Shown here piece after piece: positions 18,881-27,061 of a stretch of 64,000 nucleotides of DNA (position 1 is the first letter of the stretch; the number at the start of each line of letters is the position of its first letter). The DNA is from Candidatus Parcubacteria bacterium. GTDB taxonomy: Bacteria; Patescibacteriota; Microgenomatia; UBA12405. The DNA lies in NCBI GenBank assembly GCA_023443725.1, contig JAEZTF010000010.1, forward strand, positions 29,948 to 93,947, given 5' to 3'. Below the pieces are notes generated by a model. The model did not search any database. It had not been told where the DNA came from and was given only the letters and a program-made list of their open reading frames with translations. The translations under genes and the position numbers were made by a program.

Positions 18881-18908
18881 CAAAAAAATCCTTCAAATTG
18901 AAGGATTT
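18881..18908 (-). terminator. Intrinsic-terminator-like hairpin (AAATCCTTCAA/TTGAAGGATTT + T7) 13 nt upstream of the ileS ATG
   Basis: Read on the minus strand: a long stem followed by TTTTTTTG. It could end read-through from the region upstream or act as a leader attenuator. Confidence 0.55.
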
Positions 18909-18913
18909 TGAAT

Positions 18914-18942
18914 GCCGATTATCCCCTATTTGGGGAATCGGC
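18914..18942. repeat. Nested GC-clamped hairpin GCCGATT-ATCCCC-TATTT-GGGGA-AATCGGC
   Basis: The inner module ATCCCCTATTTGGGGA resembles the hairpin at 74..94. Confidence 0.6.
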
Positions 18943-19016
18943 TATTTAATAATAATTATTTTAGATGATTTAGTCATCGAATAGGTTTATTATACACTAT
19001 TTGGATTTAAAGTATA

Positions 19017-19045
19017 TTGACTTTTGATGAATGTCACCATAAGAT
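19017..19045 (+). promoter_or_regulatory. Putative promoter TTGACT-17 nt-TAAGAT
   Basis: Good -35 element and spacing. About 145 nt upstream of the small ORF at 19193. Confidence 0.4.
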
Positions 19046-19192
19046 TGGGTACTTTAATAAAAATGGTTATTAAAGTTGAAAACCTTTTTATAACTGAAAC
19101 GAAAGCGTTTTGGTTTTTAGATAAAAAAGTTGGTTCTTTAAAAGAATAGATTTTGTTAAATTATTTTCAAAAAATAAAGAAAGGAGATTTTT

Positions 19193-19345
19193 ATGTCAAC
19201 CGACTTTGGCAGTGGATCAATGATAATCATTGTATTGATTACAATTGGTTTTCTTCTTTTGGCTATCCTTTGGGGTTTGGCTTATTTATTCAAAGGATGT
19301 TTCAAATTGACCAAAAGAATATTTTGTAAGAAAGAAGCTTTTTGA
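19193..19345 (+). CDS. Small (50 aa) single-pass membrane protein, below the ORF-track size cutoff
   Basis: AAAGGAG SD lies 7-8 nt upstream of the ATG. Translation is MSTDFGSGSMIIIVLITIGFLLLAILWGLAYLFKGCFKLTKRIFCKKEAF (one TM helix, basic tail). Confidence 0.5.
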   Translation: MSTDFGSGSMIIIVLITIGFLLLAILWGLAYLFKGCFKLTKRIFCKKEAF

Positions 19346-19414
19346 AATGTATTTTCAAATCTATCCAAAAAGCGGTTGATCAAAAATTTGTACCCTTTGG
19401 GTGTAAATTAAATA

Positions 19415-20584
19415 TCAGCCGTTTTTTCTTAAAAAAGCAGGGATATCAAATTCGTCAACTATATCAACGCCAGTAGGTATATCTTTATCACCTAAAAATT
19501 TTTTAATTTGATGATCACTTAATTCTTTTACTTCTAAAGAATTAGCAGTGGGTGTTTGTTGAATAATTGGATCTCTATCTATTTGAGGTATTGGTTTTTT
19601 TATAGAACTGTAAAATTGACTTTTAGTATTATCAAATCCAGTAGCAATAACAGAAATTTTTATTTTTCCTTTTAATTCTTTATCGATAGTAGTACCAAAA
19701 ATAATATTGGCATCTGGAGCACTTCTTTCAGTTATGGTTCTAGCAGCTTCTTCTATTTCGGCCATAGTAAGATCTGGTCCTCCAGTAATATTAATCAAGA
19801 CACCTCTAGCACCTTGAATTTCGACTTCAACCAAAGGTGAGTTAATGGCTTCTTCGACTGCTTTTTTAGCTCGAGAATCACCTTCTGCTTCTCCTACTCC
19901 CATAAGTGCAGTACCAGCATTACTCATAACAGATTTGATATCGGCAAAGTCTAAATTTATTAATCCTGGATTAGTAATAAGATCAGCAATAGCTTTCGTA
20001 CCTTTATTTAGTACTGAATCGGCAATTTTGAAAGCTTCTAAAAGAGTGGCCTTATCGTTAACTACTTCCATAACTTTTTGGTTTGGAATGACAATTAAGG
20101 TATCGACATTATTGCGTAATTGAGAAATTCCCTCTTCAGCATTAGTCATACGACGAGTTCCTTCAAAAGCAAATGGTTTGGTGACTACTCCAATAGTTAG
20201 AATACCTAATTCTTTTTTGGCTATTTGAGCAATTATAGGAGCTGCTCCGGTGCATGTTCCTCCACCCATTCCACCAGTAATAAAAACCATATCTGTACCA
20301 GCTAAAACTTCTTTGATTCTTTCCTTAGATTCTTCGGCTGCCTTTTGACCCATTTGAGGATTACCTCCAGCACCTAAACCTTTGGTTAGTTTTTCTCCTA
20401 TTTGAATTTTTATTGGGGCAAGAGAATTTAATAAAGCTTGTGAATCGGTGTTTACGGCAATAAAATCAACTCCAATAATACTATCTTCGGAAATCATCGA
20501 ATTAATAGCATTATTACCGCCGCCACCGACACCGATGACTTTAATTTTGGCAAATTGTCCAGTTAATGTTTTTACTAATCCCAT
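19415..20584 (-). CDS. ftsZ: Cell division protein FtsZ
   Basis: VIGVGGGGNNAIN, the tubulin signature region GGMGGGTCTGAAP (Cys at the fifth position) and a C-terminal DIPAFLRK peptide. Confidence 0.95.
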   Translation of the reverse strand: MGLVKTLTGQFAKIKVIGVGGGGNNAINSMISEDSIIGVDFIAVNTDSQALLNSLAPIKIQIGEKLTKGLGAGGNPQMGQKAAEESKERIKEVLAGTDMVFITGGMGGGTCTGAAPIIAQIAKKELGILTIGVVTKPFAFEGTRRMTNAEEGISQLRNNVDTLIVIPNQKVMEVVNDKATLLEAFKIADSVLNKGTKAIADLITNPGLINLDFADIKSVMSNAGTALMGVGEAEGDSRAKKAVEEAINSPLVEVEIQGARGVLINITGGPDLTMAEIEEAARTITERSAPDANIIFGTTIDKELKGKIKISVIATGFDNTKSQFYSSIKKPIPQIDRDPIIQQTPTANSLEVKELSDHQIKKFLGDKDIPTGVDIVDEFDIPAFLRKNG

Positions 20585-20586
20585 AG

Positions 20587-21843
20587 TTACGGTAAGATAG
20601 GCTCAATTAATTTTTTGACTCGACCAATAATACCTCCAAAATTTAGTTTTATTTTTCTGTTCGAAGAAGAACTAGAAGTATTGTCTTTGTTTTCTCTAGC
20701 CGTCATAAGTAAACCAATAGTACTAGTGTATGCAGGATTGAGAATATCATCGACGATACCTCCCATTTTTGGGGGAAAAGCAATTCTAAAAGGTAAAGGA
20801 ATTATTTTTTCACAAATTTCTTTTGCATTGACGGTTTGGGCACCACCACCAGTAAGAACAATTCCGGCTGGAATTACATGATGCAAATTGGCTGACTCTA
20901 ATTGATTAAAAATTAGATTAAATATTTCTTCAAGTCTTGGTTTGATAATTCCATTAGTGGCAGTTTGAATTGATATTTTTCTGTTTTTATCAAGAGAATC
21001 TATATCTAGTTTGGAAATTTCAATCTCATCATCAAAGTTTTTATTTTCAACTAACTTGTTTAATTTAAGTTTTATTTTTTCAGCATCATCAAGAGAAAAT
21101 CTTAGTCCTATAGCCAAATCATTAGTAACATTATTAGCACCGATAGGAATCACTGAAGAAAATATAGGAGCACCTTCATTAAAAACAGTGATAGTAGTAA
21201 CACTACCACCGATATCTACAAGTGCGACTCCTAATTCTTTTTCGGTTTCACTTAGACTGGCTTTTGCAGCAGCTAAACCAGAAAAAGTAAGATTGTTTAT
21301 ATGGATACCAATATCTTCAAGACATTTTCTAAGATTTTTAAGTGACGGCGTTGAAGCTAGAACAATGTGAGTTTCTACTTCAAGCCTAGTACCATTCATA
21401 CCAATAGGATCGACTACTCCTTCTTGACCATCAACAGTATATTTAATTGGTATTATGTGAATTATTTCTTTTCCAGGTGGTATAGCGATGGCCTTAGCGG
21501 CTTCAACTACTCGATTAATATCATTTTGGTCAATTTCACCGTTGGGGTTGCTAATAGCTACTACACCATGTGAGTTAACAGATTCGATATATGGTGCTGA
21601 TAAAGAGATAGAAGCAGAATTGATTTGAAAACCAGCCATTCTTTCAGCAGATTCTATACTTTGAGTAATAGTGTTGGATGCTTGGTCAATATTAATAATT
21701 TGACCTTTTCTAAAACCTGTGGCAGGGATTGAAGATACAGCAATAATATTAAATTTATCCTCTACTTCCTGATATTGACCGATTATAGTGGTTACTTTTG
21801 AAGTTCCGATATCAATGCCACTAATTGTTTTTGAGTGTTGCAT
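20587..21843 (-). CDS. ftsA: Cell division protein FtsA
   Basis: Actin-like ATPase motifs (GIDIGTSKV, VDIGGSVTT, LTGGGAQ) and its position upstream of ftsZ. Confidence 0.9.
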   Translation of the reverse strand: MQHSKTISGIDIGTSKVTTIIGQYQEVEDKFNIIAVSSIPATGFRKGQIINIDQASNTITQSIESAERMAGFQINSASISLSAPYIESVNSHGVVAISNPNGEIDQNDINRVVEAAKAIAIPPGKEIIHIIPIKYTVDGQEGVVDPIGMNGTRLEVETHIVLASTPSLKNLRKCLEDIGIHINNLTFSGLAAAKASLSETEKELGVALVDIGGSVTTITVFNEGAPIFSSVIPIGANNVTNDLAIGLRFSLDDAEKIKLKLNKLVENKNFDDEIEISKLDIDSLDKNRKISIQTATNGIIKPRLEEIFNLIFNQLESANLHHVIPAGIVLTGGGAQTVNAKEICEKIIPLPFRIAFPPKMGGIVDDILNPAYTSTIGLLMTARENKDNTSSSSSNRKIKLNFGGIIGRVKKLIEPILP

Positions 21844-22198
21844 AAGGATGATCGATGCTAAGATCGACTAAATTAAATTGTCTATTATTCATTTTAGCTG
21901 TTTTAGAAAGATCTTGCAAAGATACAATTTGCCAATATGGATCTTTTTGAGTAGAAATAATAACTTTAACTAAATTATTATTGTTATCTTGTAAATAAAA
22001 TTCAACTTCATTTAAATAATCTCTAATAGTTAAATTAATAGGATCTAATTGACTGGTTTTAAAAGCATTGTTTAATTTATCGTAAAAATCGTTTTGGTTT
22101 GATTTTGGAGTAATAGTTGAGGGATAAGTTTTAATTATAGTAAAAGCAATTATTCCAATAGTTAAAGTCAAACTAAAAATGATTTTAAATAATTTCAT
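21821..22198 (-). CDS. Short membrane-anchored protein in the ftsQ/divIB position
   Basis: N-terminal TM helix plus a ~95-aa periplasmic domain. The assignment rests on synteny only. Confidence 0.35.
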   Translation of the reverse strand: MKLFKIIFSLTLTIGIIAFTIIKTYPSTITPKSNQNDFYDKLNNAFKTSQLDPINLTIRDYLNEVEFYLQDNNNNLVKVIISTQKDPYWQIVSLQDLSKTAKMNNRQFNLVDLSIDHPYATLKNN

Positions 22199-23276
22199 AA
22201 ATTAACTTTAATAGTTTCAGATTAATTTGATTTTTTATATTTTTATTCTGAAACTTTATTAGTTTTAGTGAATTGATGGATGATAAAAGATTCTTACTGT
22301 TTAATTGGGATTGATCAATAATAATAGTTTGTTGTGGTAATTGTTGTTTAACCCAATTAGCATTTATTAACTGTTCATTTTGTTGACTTTTGGGCAAAGG
22401 AATCAGAATGGATCTTTGATTAAAAGCAACAATTTCTTGGCTAGTATTAGCACCACTTCGACTAATAATTATTGAGGCTTTTTTGAAAATCCACCCCATA
22501 TATTCTGTTTTTATATAATCAAAAGGATAATAATTTTTATATTTTGAAGACAATTTTTTAAATTTCTCGAAGTCTAATGGTCCAGTTTGATGAATAATTA
22601 AAAAATCTTTTAAGTTTGGTAAGATTTTTTTAATAGTTAAGTTAATAACATGCGATCCTTGATTACCAGCGGTAATATAAATAATTGGTTTTTGGTTAGA
22701 TTTAATTGAAGGAATTTTAATTTCTTGAGTAAATAATTCATAGCGGAGTAAATTTCCAGTAACAGCGGTTTTTGTTTTAGGTAAACTTTTTAATTGTTTT
22801 TGATTGTCGAAAGACAAGGCAATTTTAGTTACAAACAAACTGTTTATTTTTGTGGTTAAGCTATTAGTAGCGGTTTGTTCATGAGTAATAGTAGGAATGT
22901 GTTTTAAACAACCATTAATGATTACAGGAACAGAAACATAACCACCAAAAGAAACAATTACATCAGGTTTAATTTTGACTATAATTCTTTTTGATTCAAA
23001 AAAACCAATTATAGTTTTTTTTATACCTCTAAGAGTATTGGGAAAGTACTTACGATCAAATTTACCACATTCAATACCAAAATAACTTATCCCCAATTCA
23101 GGAATAATCTTTGATTCAATTGACTTTTCTTGGCCTTCCGAAGAATTTAATTTACGGCCAATATAATAAATGGTCCAATTAAATTTGGAGTCATTTTTAA
23201 GTTGACGAATCAGTTCTAGAGCTGGTGTGAGATGAGTGCCGGTGATGATGATTATCTTTGTTATCTTTTGACTCAT
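22185..23276 (-). CDS. murG: MurG-like GT28 glycosyltransferase (lipid I to lipid II)
   Basis: N-terminal IIITGTHLTPAL (a degenerate G-loop), C-terminal SRSGANTSQEIVAF...ILIPLP, and dcw position. Confidence 0.75.
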   Translation of the reverse strand: MSQKITKIIIITGTHLTPALELIRQLKNDSKFNWTIYYIGRKLNSSEGQEKSIESKIIPELGISYFGIECGKFDRKYFPNTLRGIKKTIIGFFESKRIIVKIKPDVIVSFGGYVSVPVIINGCLKHIPTITHEQTATNSLTTKINSLFVTKIALSFDNQKQLKSLPKTKTAVTGNLLRYELFTQEIKIPSIKSNQKPIIYITAGNQGSHVINLTIKKILPNLKDFLIIHQTGPLDFEKFKKLSSKYKNYYPFDYIKTEYMGWIFKKASIIISRSGANTSQEIVAFNQRSILIPLPKSQQNEQLINANWVKQQLPQQTIIIDQSQLNSKNLLSSINSLKLIKFQNKNIKNQINLKLLKLIYEII

Positions 23277-24366
23277 GATTTGAGTATAGCAGGGTTGTGT
23301 TATTTTTTTCGATATTATGAACCAACCCGATGGCGGCGGCTAAAGTAGTTAAAGATGATCCACCATAAGAAATAAATGGTAAAGGAACTCCGGTTAAAGG
23401 GATAATACCAGCAATTGCTGAAACATTAATTAATGTTTGATAAGTAATCCATAAAGCAGTGCCTGAAACTATAAGAGATTGAAAATTGTCAGGAATAATA
23501 TTGGCTAATTTAAACAAATAAGAAATTAAAGAAATATAAACAATTATTATAGAAAATAATCCGATGAATCCGGTTTCTTCACCAATAACCGCCAGAATGG
23601 AATCAGTAGATATTTTTGGAAGAAAACTATATTTTTGATCTGAATTAGCAAAACCTTTACCAAAAAAACCACCAGAAGCTAGAGTTAAAGTAATTTGATT
23701 ACTATGATATGAAGCCGTGTTTTGATTTTGTTCAGGATTTAGCATAGTTTTTAATCTAGCAGACCTATAAGGAGAAGTTAAAACCAATATCAAACTAATC
23801 GAAACTAAAAAAACACAAAATGTAAGAAGTGAGCTAATTTTGCCACCCCCAAGGTAATAAAGTGAAATAGAAATAGCCGATATTAAAATAGCTGTACTTA
23901 AATTTGGTTCTATAATTATTAGTACAAAAGGAATACCTAAATAAACAACCAAGTTTTTTAATTGACAATTTTCACTTTTTGAAAAAAATTTTGAAAGAAA
24001 TAACACTAAACTCAGTTTTAAAATTTCTGATGGTTGAAATTTAACGATGCCCAAATTCAACCAACGATGAGCTCCAAGAGTTTCATCACTAAATCCTGGA
24101 ATAATAACTAATATCAAAGCAATAATTGAAAAAATAAAAAATAAAGGAATATATTTTTGAATAGTTTTAAGTTTTATCTTAGAAAAAATAAAATAAACTA
24201 CAAAACTAATTATTAACCAAAGACTTTGTTTTCTAAGAAAGAAAAACTTATCTCCAATACTAGTAGTAGCTTCACTAAGTGAAGCAATGGAAATAAAAAT
24301 AATTCCAATAGCAATTAGAATAGAAATTAGGGAAATTAAAGGTGATTTAAATGCTGACGGTTTCAT
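23197..24366 (-). CDS. ftsW: SEDS-family protein FtsW
   Basis: FQPSEILKL, FLPKISTDSILA and GVPLPFISYGGSS. The ATG at 24366 (MKPSAFK...) is preferred over the track start at 24489. The 3' end overlaps murG by 80 nt. Confidence 0.8.
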   Translation of the reverse strand: MKPSAFKSPLISLISILIAIGIIFISIASLSEATTSIGDKFFFLRKQSLWLIISFVVYFIFSKIKLKTIQKYIPLFFIFSIIALILVIIPGFSDETLGAHRWLNLGIVKFQPSEILKLSLVLFLSKFFSKSENCQLKNLVVYLGIPFVLIIIEPNLSTAILISAISISLYYLGGGKISSLLTFCVFLVSISLILVLTSPYRSARLKTMLNPEQNQNTASYHSNQITLTLASGGFFGKGFANSDQKYSFLPKISTDSILAVIGEETGFIGLFSIIIVYISLISYLFKLANIIPDNFQSLIVSGTALWITYQTLINVSAIAGIIPLTGVPLPFISYGGSSLTTLAAAIGLVHNIEKNNTTLLYSNHESKDNKDNHHHRHSSHTSSRTDSST

Positions 24367-25480
24367 TGGCAGATTTGATAATTGAGGGTTTGATATTGAT
24401 AGGATTGTTTTGATTAGAAAATGGAATAAAATCTCGATAACGACTACAGGTATTATTTGATTTATCTTTTTTGGTAATTTCAGAACCAATGATTTTAGAA
24501 TTGTAAAATCTTTTATTTTCTTGAGGGATATCTATTTTTGTTTCTATTGGTAAGAATGATAAAAGATGAAAGAAAAAAAGTGAATTAATATTATTTCTAA
24601 TTTCGATTTGATGGTAAAGATCAAAAGAAGCTGTTAATCTTGGATTACATTCTAAAATGAAAACTTCTTCTTGATCAGTTACAAAAAAATCTAGACCAAA
24701 GAAACCATGATAATCAAAATTTGATAATACATCGGCAAGTTGTTCAGTTAAAATTTTAATTTTTTCAACAATTTTTGTTGGAGCAAACGATGGCCATTGT
24801 CGACCAACAGTAGTGAAAGGGTTTTGAGTAAATTGAGAAAGTCCAGTATATTGTAGTCCCGGTGGACTTTGAATTAGACCAGCGTTGGTAAGACAACAAT
24901 TATTAATTAATGAATAACCAGATAAAAATGGTGTAAATTTTACTGGAGTTTGAAGTGGAATTTTATCTTTTATATCTTCCCAATTTGATGAACTAAAGGT
25001 GCTTTTACCAGCCCAACCGAATCTGGTTTGAAGAACTAAATGTTTATTTAATACTTGTTGATATTTTTCAAAGTTTTCTTGATTGAATTTATCAATAATT
25101 GATGGAATTGTAGGTAAATAATGTTTTTTACAAAGTTTAGAAAAATTTATTTTATCTTCTAAAAAGCGATTTATTTTGGCTGGATTAGCGGCGTAAATCC
25201 AATTTTTTTGATGACAGATATGTTCTATCTTTCCCGAAGGTTTGAATGGAATTATAACTGCTTGGTGGCCAGTTTGTTTAATTTTGTTTTTAATAAAATT
25301 AATAGTTATGACTTCTGATAATAATTTCCCCGAATTTTTAATTTTATTGTTTAAATTCAAAATATCTGAATTTAATAAATAAAAATTACTTATTTCTTTA
25401 ATATTGATAGTTAAAAACTTATCAACACTAATAAAGAAAAAATCAAAATTACTATTTTGAAGTGTGTTAATTAGATTCAT
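24347..25480 (-). CDS. ATP-grasp superfamily ligase, not Ddl-like in sequence
   Basis: FGWAGKSTF (P-loop-like lysine region) and the C-terminal HGFFGLDFFVTDQEEVFILECNPRLTAS (ATP-grasp Mg/ATP-binding E-x-N motif). Confidence 0.65.
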   Translation of the reverse strand: MNLINTLQNSNFDFFFISVDKFLTINIKEISNFYLLNSDILNLNNKIKNSGKLLSEVITINFIKNKIKQTGHQAVIIPFKPSGKIEHICHQKNWIYAANPAKINRFLEDKINFSKLCKKHYLPTIPSIIDKFNQENFEKYQQVLNKHLVLQTRFGWAGKSTFSSSNWEDIKDKIPLQTPVKFTPFLSGYSLINNCCLTNAGLIQSPPGLQYTGLSQFTQNPFTTVGRQWPSFAPTKIVEKIKILTEQLADVLSNFDYHGFFGLDFFVTDQEEVFILECNPRLTASFDLYHQIEIRNNINSLFFFHLLSFLPIETKIDIPQENKRFYNSKIIGSEITKKDKSNNTCSRYRDFIPFSNQNNPINIKPSIIKSANETVSI

Positions 25481-26298
25481 CTTTTGGCACCGGTTAAAAG
25501 AATAACTGGAAAGTTTCCAACATCGATTCCATTTTTAATCGCTTTTTGATAACCGGCTAAAGCTAATGATCCTTCTAAAGAAGTAAAAATATTTTTAGAT
25601 TCGAGTAGTTGATTGGCTAATAAAATAGCTTCATTTTGAACAGTAAAAGCCGAACCATTACAATTCTTAATATTTGAAATAATTTTGTCTTTTAGGGGTA
25701 TAAATTTTACAGATAAAGCATCAGTAATTAGTCTGTTTTCAGGTATAAAGTTGTTATCAAAGCGTTTGGAAATAGGACAGTTACTGGCCGATTGAACAGC
25801 AAAAATCTTAGTTGAAGGTGGAAGTTTTTGGGCAATTCCGAGAAGGGTAGTACCACTACCAACAGGAATAAAAATACTGCTAATTTGTGGTAAATCTTGA
25901 ATAACTTCTAAGGCAATTTGTTGATATCCGATTAAAGCTGAAGGATCGGTTGATTGACGAAGTAGATAAACTTGTTTACTTTTTGCATATTTAATAGCAT
26001 CGCTAATAGGTTGGTCACTTAAAATAATTTCAGCAGAGTATTGCTTTAAAAGATCTAATTTCTTTTGATTTACTTTTGAAGATAAAAATATAGTTAATTC
26101 AATCTGATTGATTTGGCAAAAATGAGCCGCTGAAATTGCTGCATTACCAGTACTAGAGATAACAGCTTTAGTGAAACCAAGATGTTTTAAGTTTTCTATT
26201 TGAAACGGTATGGCTCTATCTTTAGCTGAACCGGTTGGGTTTTGGTCTTCCCTTTTTAAATAAAAATTGTCTATTTTAACTAAAGGAGTATTTGTCAT
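25477..26298 (-). CDS. Fold-type II PLP-dependent enzyme (threonine synthase / cysteine synthase / serine racemase superfamily), short form
   Basis: LKREDQNPTGSAKDRA (PLP-lysine motif), SSTGNAA, PVGSGTT. Confidence 0.75.
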   Translation of the reverse strand: MTNTPLVKIDNFYLKREDQNPTGSAKDRAIPFQIENLKHLGFTKAVISSTGNAAISAAHFCQINQIELTIFLSSKVNQKKLDLLKQYSAEIILSDQPISDAIKYAKSKQVYLLRQSTDPSALIGYQQIALEVIQDLPQISSIFIPVGSGTTLLGIAQKLPPSTKIFAVQSASNCPISKRFDNNFIPENRLITDALSVKFIPLKDKIISNIKNCNGSAFTVQNEAILLANQLLESKNIFTSLEGSLALAGYQKAIKNGIDVGNFPVILLTGAKR

Positions 26299-26341
26299 AT
26301 AATTGGCTAATTATACTAATTATATATTTTTTATCTTTAAT

Positions 26342-26506
26342 ATGACAGAAACAAAGAAAGTTAAATGTCCTGATTGTGGAGCTGAAATTTTATTATCTGG
26401 AACTGAAGAAGTCGGTGATATTTTGGAATGTGGCGAGTGTGGTACTGAAGTAGAAATTACTTCTATTGATCCTCTTTCTTTTAGAGAATTAGTCGAAGAG
26501 AAATAA
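26342..26506 (+). CDS. LysW-like zinc-ribbon small protein (54 aa) with an acidic tail
   Basis: MTETKKVKCPDCGAEILLSGTEEVGDILECGECGTEVEITSIDPLSFRELVEEK. The CPxCGAEI...GE/DIxxCxxCGxExE pattern and length match my recollection of Thermus LysW, but the C-terminus is VEEK, not EDWGE. It is the only plus-strand gene inside the dcw block. Confidence 0.5.
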   Translation: MTETKKVKCPDCGAEILLSGTEEVGDILECGECGTEVEITSIDPLSFRELVEEK

Positions 26507-27061
26507 TCTGTAAATACCTTGATTCTCAAAATTCAGATCAGTTAAATCGGCTTGTCCATAATGAACTCCCCTATTATCTCTTGAACTATCGACATATAAA
26601 ATAATATTGTCTTTTTTCTCGATGATAAACAAAACATGATGACCATTCTTTTGACGAACTAGGTCGCCAGTTTGAATATCAGTAATATTTGTAATTTTTT
26701 TTGATAAAGGAGTGGAAGTTAACATGTCAGCAGAAGTTTTTCGAGGATTAAGATCTACTTTTTTATTGATCAAAGAACCATAGAATATTAGCAACTGACA
26801 AACTAATCCGGAGCAATCGATACCGATTTTATTTTTCTTTTGAAAATTGTAAATTTCTCTTTCTGAAAGATTTAATAATTTTAAATTTTCTTGGTTAGCC
26901 AATTCAACAGTTTTAAGAGCGATATCTTTAGCGTTTCCCTTACCTCCCATAAATCCCTCTTTGATTATTTTGCCGTCTTTTAAAGTATTCTTCCAATATG
27001 GAATACCGATGTATTTACTGATTTCTAATTTTAATTGATTGATTAATTCAGGCCCAACCAT
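26489..27061 (-). CDS. NlpC/P60 (C40) family cysteine peptidase, no obvious signal peptide
   Basis: GIDCSGLVCQLL (catalytic Cys) and GHHVLFII (His). The ATG at 27061 is preferred over the track start at 27097. Confidence 0.7.
   Translation of the reverse strand: MVGPELINQLKLEISKYIGIPYWKNTLKDGKIIKEGFMGGKGNAKDIALKTVELANQENLKLLNLSEREIYNFQKKNKIGIDCSGLVCQLLIFYGSLINKKVDLNPRKTSADMLTSTPLSKKITNITDIQTGDLVRQKNGHHVLFIIEKKDNIILYVDSSRDNRGVHYGQADLTDLNFENQGIYRLFLFD

Noticed and set aside
18868-19192. T-box or other known riboswitch in the ileS 5' region.
   Set aside because: On the minus strand there is no AGGGUGGNACCG-like box, no UGGN bulge context and no Ile specifier in a suitable loop. Only generic hairpins were found.
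23197-23276. An 80-nt overlap between the ftsW 3' end and the murG 5' end, as a possible frameshift or fusion.
   Set aside because: The SEDS domain is complete before the overlap, and murG begins with its normal N-terminal Rossmann strand. The FtsW tail in the overlap is low-complexity (His/Ser-rich). A late stop codon is the more likely explanation.
26320-26529. A 69-aa minus-strand ORF opposite the LysW-like gene.
   Set aside because: It has no motifs and an odd composition. The plus-strand frame encodes a clean double CxxC zinc ribbon, so the minus ORF is a shadow ORF.
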